A stretch of 32,574 nucleotides of DNA from Octopus bimaculoides (Eukaryota), in contig NC_068988.1 in NCBI RefSeq assembly GCF_001194135.2, positions 61,817,986 through 61,850,559 of the forward strand, in the 5' to 3' direction. Below are positions 1 to 9,808 of this stretch, one piece after another. Under the pieces are notes generated by a model, which saw nothing but the letters and a program-made list of their open reading frames with translations, was not told where the DNA came from and searched no databases. The first letter of the stretch is position 1. The number at the start of each line of letters is the position of its first letter. The translations under genes were made by a program, and so were the position numbers.

Positions 1-1599
1 ACACACACATACACACTCATGCATATATATATTCAGTACCTTATGTTTGTGTTTTCACACTCTTCACATTGCAACTGCTCTTTCATTCTTTTGAGTAGTC
101 TTTTGAGACGTTGCACACGAACACAAACATACGTGTGCCTGCACTCATACGCAGACACAAACACACGCGTGCGCAGTCTAGTAATTCTACACAGTCTTTT
201 GATATAATATTATTCCGTAAAGTAATCAAATACTCGTGTAAATTTATATTTTCAGTGGCGCTTGTCAGTAACTGCCATTTATAGTATACAAACATATCAT
301 ATGAGCTGATGATAAAATATCGTGATAAATACTAGCTTCATAAGGTTTAGTGTGGGTGGGGTATTTTAAATTTACTTTCAATTCTTCACTGTTTCCATAT
401 TCTATCGCGCTTCTGTGTTGCATCTGCATTCTTTGCCACATTTATCTATGCAATTCAATTTATTTTCGTCGGTCGTCCTACTTTATGCATTCTGATTTTG
501 GACAGAAGGCTCCGATAAAGAATTATTATCGTAGTTTTCATATTGCAGTTTCATTTACATAGATAATGGGTATTGTTTACATAATATATTACGTGGTTAT
601 TACTTTCATTATATTTATTTTCTCGCTTAGATTGCTTGACAGTTTTATTCTCGAAATTGCCTCTAGTTATTGTAAAATGCAGCTTTTATGAGCATTCCTA
701 TTTGCCCAGTAAACAGTTTACGACCTGCGAATATATTAGATAGATACAGTTCTGTTGTTATTTAATTACCGATGCCATGCATTATAAAAATAAAGCGGGG
801 TGTAGGATTCTACATTGTCTGTTGGGAGACAAATGGAAGTATTGGCTATTTCAATGCAAATTTCGATGCTATAATGTCCAGTTTTAGTTTAATAATCTCA
901 TGTCAGCCTTTATTTTATCTCGGACTAAATTTATAGTGAATTTCAAAAGAGGATTACTCACAAATTTTCCTCTTTGGTATTAACAACTGATTCCTGAATG
1001 AAATCATAGCATATTACTTGCATTTTGGCACTTATTGTTGCTGGTTAGTTTTATAACATATTATTTGTATTTTTTCTTTCCAAATATATTTCGTACATGT
1101 CATTGTATAGAACTGTATCAATTATGGTAACAAACTGAATTCCTCCCAGCTTTGAAATTCCTTTCTGCCAGTTCGGATCAGCAATAAGTTTGTTAGCAGT
1201 AATTGTACTGTGGTTAAGATGTTCACTTAGAAACAACATGGTATATTGTTCGATCCTCCTACTCGGCTCAATGCTTGCGTGGATACTTTGGTAGACGAAA
1301 GCTGTACTTGAGTCCGTTGACGAAACCATTTCTGTTCATATATGATTTATCATTTAATATTTATCATTTATCATTTTATATTTTCAAGAATATGAAAAGT
1401 ATGTTTTTCAGCCACAAAATATCAAACAAGGAATCGTTTCTATGTAATTATATGTTGAAAAGCTGTCTTATTATTATATGCTGACAAACCATCACACAAG
1501 AAATCAATTCTATGTAATTTTATATTCATAAAATGTATTTAAATGTTGATAAAACGGCTTCTAACCGTTGTTGCAACCACCTTTTGAAGAACCACGCAG

Positions 1600-2394
1600 C
1601 ATCTTGAAATACTAAAGAGTAAATTTATCCAATAAAATCGCTATTGGCTTCAACCATAGTCTCTCGACGACATCAGATTCTTCTGCAACTCTCCTGGACT
1701 GTCTCCTTATTTAAATTGGTGAATGCTGCTATAAGCTTTCTCATCAGTTCCTTTTTGGTGTTACAAGGGGTTTTGTTGGTCTCTCGCTCAACTGCACTCC
1801 ACACATAAACATTAAGGGGGTTGCAGTCTGGGGAGTTTAATGGCCAGATGCTAGGAGTGATGCGGTCGCAGAAATTGTCTGCCAGCCCTGACTGGGTTCT
1901 TTTGCTTGTGTGGCATGGCGAAGAGTCCTGTTGCCAGACCTAGGGTCTTCCAGCAGCCCGTCACTTGATCCAGGGCAGAACCACCTTTTCCAGGCACTTT
2001 ATGAAGGACTCCGCGTTGAGTGTGAGGCCGCGTGGGAAGATAAATGAAGGCATAACGTCGTCATCACTAGTGATTACTCCAAGTATAATGATGTTGACTG
2101 GGTGCTTGGTTTTTATCACTCTCGGCACATTTCCTCAAATTGCAATGTCCTCAGATTGACTCGCAAATACTATTAAATTTTCGTATTGGAGCTTCCAGCA
2201 CAAATAGCAAGCTGTACAGCATATTGTTTCCAAATTTCCGGGAGAGTGAATTGCATCATGGTGCTACTTTTCTCATAGACCGTGCCTCATTGACCCTATA
2301 ATACTGTGTAGTCGACAAAATAAAGAAACAAACAATGCGCATGCGCAAAATTAAAGTTATATAAATGGCGACAATTTACCCATCGCACCCCGTA
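1600..2394 (-). mobile_element. Degenerate, internally deleted Tc1/mariner-superfamily DNA transposon (maT/DD37D-like)
   Basis: My translation of the minus strand gives an N-terminal piece from ATG 2259 (MMQFTLPEIWKQYAVQLAICAGSSNTKI**YLRVNLRT). It is joined at ~2140 to a catalytic-domain frame: VPRVIKTKHPVNIIILGVITSDDDVMPSFIFPRGLTLNAESFIKCLEKVVLPWIK*RAAGRP*VWQQDSSPCHTSKRTQSGLADNFCDRITPSIWPLNSPDCNPLNVYVWSAVERETNKTPCNTKKELMRKLIAAFTNLNKETVQESCRRI*CRRETMVEANSDFIG*, with the stop at 1625-1627. There are 37 residues between D (1925-1927) and the third catalytic position (AAT=N, 1811-1813). A TIR-like end CGGGGTGCGATGGGTAAATTGTCGCC ends at 2392 and is followed by TA. The other TIR was not found. Confidence 0.9.
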
Positions 2395-2398
2395 TAAG

Positions 2399-2774
2399 AA
2401 GAGTTAAGGAATGGAGTAGATAACATCCGGGCTACATATGTTTCGCGGCGAGTGGAGCATCAGAAGTGGTAAATATCCAAGTGAGGTGTATAGTGCAGGC
2501 AACTCTTCAGACCAAAGATATCTTGATTAAATGAAAGTTTACTTTGCCACGAGAAGGTACATGTTAACACATGGAAGATTCTATCACACATTCTGATTGA
2601 ATCTTCCATGTGTTAACATGTACCTCCTAGCAATAATGTAATCAAGATATCTTTGGCCTGAAGAGTAACCTCCGGTATGAATCTCGCTTGGATATTTACC
2701 TTTTCTCTTCTGAGGTTTCTCTCGTTATGAAACATATATAACCCGCATCATATCTACTCCGTTCCTTAACACTT
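2399..2774. mobile_element. Palindromic (fold-back) MITE-like element, possibly Kolobok/T2-type (TTAA-flanked, GG...CC ends)
   Basis: Arms match in blocks: TTAAGGAA(T/C)GGAGTAGATA, GGTAAATATCCAAG(T/C)GAG and ACTCTTCAG(A/G)CCAAAGATATCTTGATTA. There is a perfect 27-bp core (2555-2581 vs 2599-2625) around a 17-nt loop. TTAA occurs at 2404-2407 and 2766-2769. The superfamily assignment is an inference. Confidence 0.72.
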
Positions 2775-2981
2775 GTATTGTTATTCGCATACCCGCCAAT
2801 GTGGTTTCCTACCGTGAGATATAAAAAGAACTTTTTTTCAATTTATAGTACTTCAATTATGAAAATATCCGTAATCTTCCGTCTCAATAAACCGCTATTG
2901 TCCCTGTAAGTTGTTTTTTTATATTTACTACGGATTGCTTGAAGCTACATTTCTTCCTACACCCCGATCCTTGGATGTTAG

Positions 2982-3012
<31 letters not shown>

Positions 3013-3355
3013 TATACACACACACGCATACTTATACATGTACTATGCATATAACAGCGTGAAAGGATGGTCTGATATATTTTTAAACACTAGCCTACAT
3101 TAAAACAATTAGGAATAAGTCAATGATCCATTTATGGATTCAGCTGGTGGAAAACTGTGAGGATTGCTCCTGATTAGTCTTTTCGAAACTTGTCGTTCCC
3201 TGCTAACGAAAGACCTATCAAAATTTTTTCCGTAAACGATTGTAAAGAAAATAGGAATCCTACATAAAATAGTCAAGAATTAAATGTTTTTACGGCAGGG
3301 GACACGTTAATATAGACGCCGGTGCTGAGATCGACATTTATTTAATCACTCACAT

Positions 3356-3559
3356 AAGGCGGCGAGCTGGCAGAATCGTTAGCATGCCAGGCAAAATCGC
3401 TGAGCGGCATTTCGTGTTCAAATTTCGCCGAGATCGACTTAGTCTTTCATCCCTTTCGGAGTCAATGAAATCAGTACCAGTTGGGCACTGATGTCCATGT
3501 AATCGACATACCCCACCCCAAAAACTGCTGGCATTGTGCCAAAATTTGAAAGCAATATT
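3356..3559 (+). mobile_element. tRNA-derived SINE, family A
   Basis: Head AAGGCGGCGAGCTGGCAGAATCGTTAGC, B-box-like GTTCAAATTTC, body GATCGACTTAGTCTTTCATCCCTTTCGG, tail GGCATTGTGCCAAAATTTGAAAGCAATATT. Homologous copies lie at 26529-26694 (-) and 27545-27697 (+) in this window. Confidence 0.82.
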
Positions 3560-3852
3560 TCTTTAATTTACATTTCTACAACTAAATCGCCAATTTACTT
3601 TTTCTTCTATTCATTTCTTCAATCAGAATAACAGATCATCATTTATTGATTATTAAATTATGATTCAAGAACTGGAATCGATTATTGTGTTATACACTCT
3701 ATGAAGGGTTTCTGAGTATATGCAGAGTGTTTTGTGTATACCAGTATCCTCCTTTGCACTATTTAGTTCATATATATNNNNNNNNNNNNNNNNNNNNNNN
3801 NNNNNNNNNNNNNNNNNNNNNNNNNNNNNNNNNNNNNNNNNNNNNNNNNNNN

Positions 3853-3884
<32 letters not shown>

Positions 3885-4734
3885 ATGTATATATAACTAA
3901 TACACATGTAGGTTGTTTATACACCTATCTTCGTCTTTTGTTTTTCTGCAAATTCCAACAATATATAATATATAACTGTAAGTTATAATATTAATTGTAA
4001 TTTTTTAATACGCAGGTGTGTATAAAATTTGCCTGCAGATATCTATGTTTCAATTTATTAACTTTATATTTGTGTATATTCATATTCTGATGCAGTTCAG
4101 AGCTTGTAGGTATTTGATATATTTATGGTGGAAACATTTCTTACTTTATTCATACTTACTAAGAAGTGTTCATTGCGTATGGATAAAAATGGTACATCTA
4201 GAATTCTGAAAAGTACTTGAAGCTTAATGTAAAAACAAAGATAAGAAAATGTATATTCGATAAGTATATTTTCTATATCTGAAACTATAATGCCTCTATT
4301 CTTTCCGTATAATAACATGTTGATTTAGCATGGGAATGAGGTTGTTACAACTCTATTCTGGAGTTAATGAGTCTGAGAAGTATTAACACATTTGAGGTTA
4401 ATAAATGAAAATATAAAGACAACTGAAGCCGTGTAGGTAAGGCAATTACAGTACAATAAATGGAATATTATATACCGTAAAGAGATCTCGTGTTATTCAT
4501 ATTGTGCTTTCTATTAGAGTAGATCCAATAACATAAGAAGGAACGAAGACATTAATTCTGCGTGGTACTTTAATAAACTGGAATTATGTTAAAAAGATTC
4601 ACGCTAAAACATGCAAGGTGTATGAATAGAATGTTATTGTATTGACATAGGTGCTTCAATCATAAGCCTGAAATTAATACTATGTGGTAAATAAACAGTT
4701 TTTTAACCCCTAAAGTATTACCTATGCAATATAC

Positions 4735-5407
4735 AGGGAAATTAACATGGTGTTCTACCATAGCATGCAGATTCTCAGGCCCCAGTAGGTGCAATTGTGG
4801 CGGTTAACTGAACCATTTAATTTGTATGTGGCCTTATCACTCCACATAATATTTGCTGGAGAGTGTGCGTCTACTACACATTATACAAAGTACCACTCAC
4901 AATACTGTACTCTTCGGTTTGGATCATTGTCACTAATAACACGGTCCAATCTTGGAACGTAACTTTTCCTTTGACAACGTATGAAAATGCGTTGGAAGAT
5001 GATTTTGAAATACCTACCTCATGACCTGACTTGCCGGACAGACTTTCTTGGACTTTGGTGATACGTTTCTAGCACTCCTTCTTGCCTTGTGGGAATTGTC
5101 GACGTTCGCGGTCTTCCAAAACAGTTCTCGTGCATATTCTGAACAGTTCCATCTGTTTCAAACTTATCTATCTCTAATTCGAGTGATAGTGAGTCGCATT
5201 GGTAGATCTGTTTGACACTCCCTCCTAAACTTAGCACTTCAAGTGTGTCTTCACACTTCCAGTAGTATATTAGAATGAATTTCCTTTCTTGAAAGCTTTG
5301 TCTAACTGCCATCATTAATTCCAATGTGTTTCATCTGGAGAGAAAAAAAGACATCACTTGAGTTATCAACAGCTAAAATGTGTAAACAATTTTGGGGACA
5401 CACTGTA
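4735..5407 (-). mobile_element. 5' half of a degenerate IS630/Tc1/mariner transposon with a DUF4817-like HTH N-terminus
   Basis: TIR-like CAGTGTGTCCCCAAAATTGTTTACAC begins at 5405 next to TA and a (TA)n tract. Frameshifted translation reads MMAVRQSFQERKFILIYYWK / RECQTDLPMRLTITRIRD / DKFETDGTVQNMHENCFGRPRTST...SPRKSVRQ / [38 protein letters not shown]. The last block is the WSDE..F.LNG..NRHN..YW motif carrying the first catalytic Asp. The element is truncated at ~4735, before the second Asp. Confidence 0.88.
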
Positions 5408-5983
5408 ATATATATATATATATANNNNNNNNNNNNNNNNNNNNNNNNNNNNNNNNNNNNNNNNNNNNNNNNNNNNNNNNNNNNNNNNNNNNNNNNNNNN
5501 NNNNNNNNNNNNNNNNNNNNNNNNNNNNNNNNNNNNNNNNNNNNNNNNNNNNNNNNNNNNNNNNNNNNNNNNNNNNNNNNNNNNNNNNNNNNNNNNNNNN
5601 NNNNNNNNNNNNNNNNNNNNNNNNNNNNNNNNNNNNNNNNNNNNNNNNNNNNNNNNNNNNNNNNNNNNNNNNNNNNNNNNNNNNNNNNNNNNNNNNNNNN
5701 NNNNNNNNNNNNNNNNNNNNNNNNNNNNNNNNNNNNNNNNNNNNNNNNNNNNNNNNNNNNNNNNNNNNNNNNNNNNNNNNNNNNNNNNNNNNNNNNNNNN
5801 NNNNNNNNNNNNNNNNNNNNNNNNNNNNNNNNNNNNNNNNNNNNNNNNNNNNNNNNNNNNNNNNNNNNNNNNNNNNNNNNNNNNNNNNNNNNNNNNNNNN
5901 NNNNNNNNNNNNNNNNNNNNNNNNNNNNNNNNNNNNNNNNNNNNNNNNNNNNNNNNNNNNNNNNNNNNNNNNNNNNNNNNNNN

Positions 5984-6032
<49 letters not shown>

Positions 6033-6104
6033 CTGTAGATGTGTATGTTTTGTTTGATGCATACATTCTCATGCAATTACTTGCATATTTAGACATGCTC
6101 ATAT

Positions 6105-6420
6105 ATACTTAAAGGATAGAGTTCTCGTAAGTTTTACAAATTTTTAGTTCTAGTGATAGATTTGATCTGTTGTCCTCGAATCTCCTTTCTTGTTCTGAGA
6201 AGCCTAATTTCTCAAGATTGGTATGTAGGCAGTGTGTTACATATCCCGGTGCCCCAACAATCACAACCTGAAGTTGTAATCTGCATAGAGTAAGTGCAAA
6301 TATCTCAATAGTTCAGTGTAGCTTTTCTCTTTTTCCCTGACCTTTAGCTTTACGCTAATACCCGCTGGGGAGCTAATTTACACAGATGCACGCAGTTTCT
6401 CTTCTCTGTCTCAAATCATG
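6105..6420 (-). mobile_element. 3' remnant of an RLE-clade (R4/Dong-like) non-LTR retrotransposon, family 1
   Basis: Minus-strand translation with stops and frameshifts: MI*DREEKLRASV*ISSPAGISVKLKVREKEKSYTELLRYLHLLYADYNFR / VIVGAPGYVTHCLHTNLEKLGFSEQERR / QIKSIT..KICKT. This fits the C-terminal restriction-like endonuclease region (D..E.S.P...EKE..Y..L, then I.VGA.G). Confidence 0.8.
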
Positions 6421-7171
6421 TATGTATGTATGTGTGTATGCATCTATGTACGTGTGCATGTATTTATGTATGTTTGTATGTATTTATGTATGTATGTATA
6501 AAATCATTTATGAATATATACACACGCATATGTGTTTATGTACGTACAAAGATATGTATCTACGTATGAATACGACTCTGCGTTGATATATACCTATACA
6601 TGCACGCACATACACGCACATACACGCGATGTTATACTCAGTCTTTAAGATATATATTCCCAAACAGCTTTAGATTTTTCAAAAAATATAGAGTTAAACG
6701 ACATTGAAATCAGAGAATTTGAAATTAAATCTTTCGGTGATACATTTTCTATATATATTCATACAATGCTTAATCTCCCACATCTACCGTACGATTAATC
6801 ACTTAACTTGAAATTGTTACATTATTTAATATTCTAATATAGCAAACGGAACAAAGCGCGACATCATACACAGTCTCAAATTATTATTACTTTCAATCTA
6901 TTTCAATTTGCTTTCGAAAATTACATTATTATATATTACAGTATGGAAGATGTTTCGCGTAATTGAATTGATCGTATTGCCTTACACATATGCGAACGTA
7001 TACGTTATTCATTCTTGCAGACAAATAGGTATACATGACGCGCTCGCACACACACACACATGCATATGAATGTGTACTTGTACATATATTTATATTTTTT
7101 GTGAGGTACACAAATATACTTATACGTGTGTTTACAAATGCATATGTGTAGGTGTGTGTATGTTTCTGTGC

Positions 7172-7212
<41 letters not shown>

Positions 7213-8194
7213 TATACATATATACATACATTCATACAAATATATATGTATGTATGTATGTATATATNNNNNNNNNNNNNNNNNNNNNNNNNNNNNNNNN
7301 NNNNNNNNNNNNNNNNNNNNNNNNNNNNNNNNNNNNNNNNNNNNNNNNNNNNNNNNNNNNNNNNNNNNNNNNNNNNNNNNNNNNNNNNNNNNNNNNNNNN
7401 NNNNNNNNNNNNNNNNNNNNNNNNNNNNNNNNNNNNNNNNNNNNNNNNNNNNNNNNNNNNNNNNNNNNNNNNNNNNNNNNNNNNNNNNNNNNNNNNNNNN
7501 NNNNNNNNNNNNNNNNNNNNNNNNNNNNNNNNNNNNNNNNNNNNNNNNNNNNNNNNNNNNNNNNNNNNNNNNNNNNNNNNNNNNNNNNNNNNNNNNNNNN
7601 NNNNNNNNNNNNNNNNNNNNNNATATTTAGATAGATACTTTTATTCCCATGCACGATAACGTATATGTATAAGATTTATGAGTTTAAAACTAGTTAATAC
7701 TTTTGTTACATATACAAATTCACAGACACCCACCCACACATGCACACTTACATGCACACACTTAGCCCCACACATACATATATATTTATAATTTTTTCTC
7801 TAAATACATAGCACTAAAATATGCATTAATTTGCTATATCTCTATTTTATTTTTTATTGTTTGTATATCGATTTACAAATCGTTTTATGTTTCACTGTAT
7901 ATTATTAACTGTTTTGTGAAAATTTAAAAAGATACAGTTTTCTATAATATTTATGTAATTCGTCATTTGTGATGTATATATGTGTTGTTTATATGCCATT
8001 TTTTGTTGGTTTGCTTTCGTTTGTCTTATATAATAGCTTACGTGTTTAATATCATCTCGGAGCATCAGTGGATAATGGAGGTTTGGATATTTCATAAAAA
8101 TCTAACAAATATCATTGTAATATATATTAGGTTTTATTAAATCAATTATTACATCAAAGTACATATTACCGTTCGTGGTGTCCCCTTTCTTATT

Positions 8195-8383
8195 TCGTTA
8201 CTGTTGTTATTGTTGCTATATTCGGTGTTGATCTACTACTCTTTCTCACCCTCCTCTCCTTCTTCTTGCTGCGGCTACTTCTACTAGTACTACTGTTACC
8301 ACTACTAGAAGGTATATTATTACTGATAATGCTAAAAAAATTACTACTACTACTACTACTGCTGCTGCTGCTGATGATGATGA

Positions 8384-8443
<60 letters not shown>

Positions 8444-8587
8444 AACTACTACCATCTTCCTTCCTAATTCTTCTTCTTCTTTTTCTTCTTCTTCTTCCTC
8501 TTGTTGTTGTTGTTGTTGCTGTTGTTGTTGTTGTTATCGTTGTTGTTATTGCTGTTGTTGCTGTTCTTCTTCTCATCATTATTCTTC

Positions 8588-8645
<58 letters not shown>

Positions 8646-8765
8646 GTTATTGTTGTTGTTGCTGTTTTTGTTGCTGTTGTTCTGTTTCTTGTTGTTGTTG
8701 CTGTGTTTCTGTTTCTTTTTGTTGTTGTTGTTGTTGTTGTTGTTGTTCTTCTTCTTCTTCTTCTT

Positions 8766-8796
<31 letters not shown>

Positions 8797-8823
8797 ACAT
8801 TATTATTATTAGTATTATTATTA
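8195..8823. repeat. Compound trinucleotide microsatellite: (TAC)n, (TGC)n, (TGA)n, (TCT)n, (TGT)n, (TAT)n
   Basis: Directly visible consecutive trinucleotide arrays over ~630 bp. Confidence 0.97.
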
Positions 8824-9297
8824 TTTCAGCAGTTCCATGCACGTTTTACAATGCTTTCTAACCTACGTATCTTTCTTCTCAAATATTCACCGATGACGTT
8901 GTCTTCGTGATCTCTATGGAAAATTCTTCTGTGGTGTGTAATTTGCCATGCTATCTCCCACTGTTTGGTCCTTCCACATTGTAATGTGCATGAATTTCCT
9001 TTTGTCTCATGAAATGTATTAATAGTTGAGAAGTATACAATATGTACTGAGTGAACTCTGCTCTATTATGGAAAGTGTTATTTTAACATGGAAAATGTTA
9101 TTGCGAACATAGCTAAGTTATTTTCATACATGTGTTTATTTTTACGAAGATCTCTGCGTCAGTTAATGTGATACACATATGTGTGTGTGTGTGTGTGTGT
9201 GTGTGTATTTGTGTGCGCGTGTGTGTGTGTGTGTGTATATATATATGTATATATATATATATGCTGAGACATATATATACACATACATATATATGCT

Positions 9298-9635
9298 GAG
9301 ACACCCTTTGGTCATGCCTTACCATGGGATTGCACTTACAAAGTTACCCTCCCAGGCACAAGACTGGGTGGGCAAGGTTGTTTATGGAAGACCAGCAGTC
9401 ACCCATGCATACCAGTCTTCCCTCTCCACGCCACTGATATTATCCAAGGGAAAGGTAAAGGCCAATACAGTTTGGCACGTGTGACGTCGCAGCTCATTTC
9501 TACAGCTGAGTGAACTGGACCGACGTGAAATAAAGTGTCTTGCTCAAGAGCATAACACATTGCCCGGTCCCGGAATCGAACTCACAACCTAACAATCGTA
9601 AGCTCGACGCTCTAACCACTGAACCATGCGACTTC
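9298..9635 (-). mobile_element. Near full-length tRNA-derived SINE, family C (CORE-like central domain)
   Basis: Minus strand: GAAGTCGCATGGTTCAGTGGTTAGAGCGTCGAGCTTACGATTGTTAGGTTGTGAGTTCGATTCCGGGACCGGG (tRNA-like head), then CTCTTGAGCAAGACACTTTATTTCAC...CCAGTTCACTCAGCTGTAGAAATGAG (resembles the CORE motif CCTTGGGCAAGTCACTT), then a ~200-nt tail ending ATGACCAAAGGGTGTCTC. Confidence 0.88.
9572..9626 (-). promoter_or_regulatory. Internal RNA polymerase III type-2 promoter (A and B boxes) of the family C SINE
   Basis: A box TGGTTCAGTGG (9616-9626) and B box GTTCGATTCC (9572-9581) both fit the consensus, with tRNA-like spacing. Confidence 0.7.
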
Positions 9636-9639
9636 ACAT

Positions 9640-9808
<169 letters not shown>

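Noticed and set aside
3670-3770. Minus-strand IHK..TLHILRNPS resembling an R4-like LINE terminus
   Set aside because: Too short and degenerate to distinguish from chance.
5302-6112. Long ORFs (220-357 aa) spanning N-runs, here and at the other gaps
   Set aside because: They consist of X residues plus YI/HT/VC dipeptides from microsatellites; they are artefacts.
8266-8910. 214-aa poly-Leu ORF and overlapping poly-T/S/I/V ORFs
   Set aside because: Translations of trinucleotide microsatellites with no coding signature.
8825-9000. Possible LINE tail (HGTAEII) leading into (TAA)n on the minus strand
   Set aside because: Only a 4-5 residue match, and no upstream RLE motifs were recoverable.
9560-9635. 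tRNA-like sequence as a tRNA gene
   Set aside because: It continues into a SINE body and tail, and no complete acceptor stem is evident; it is a SINE head.
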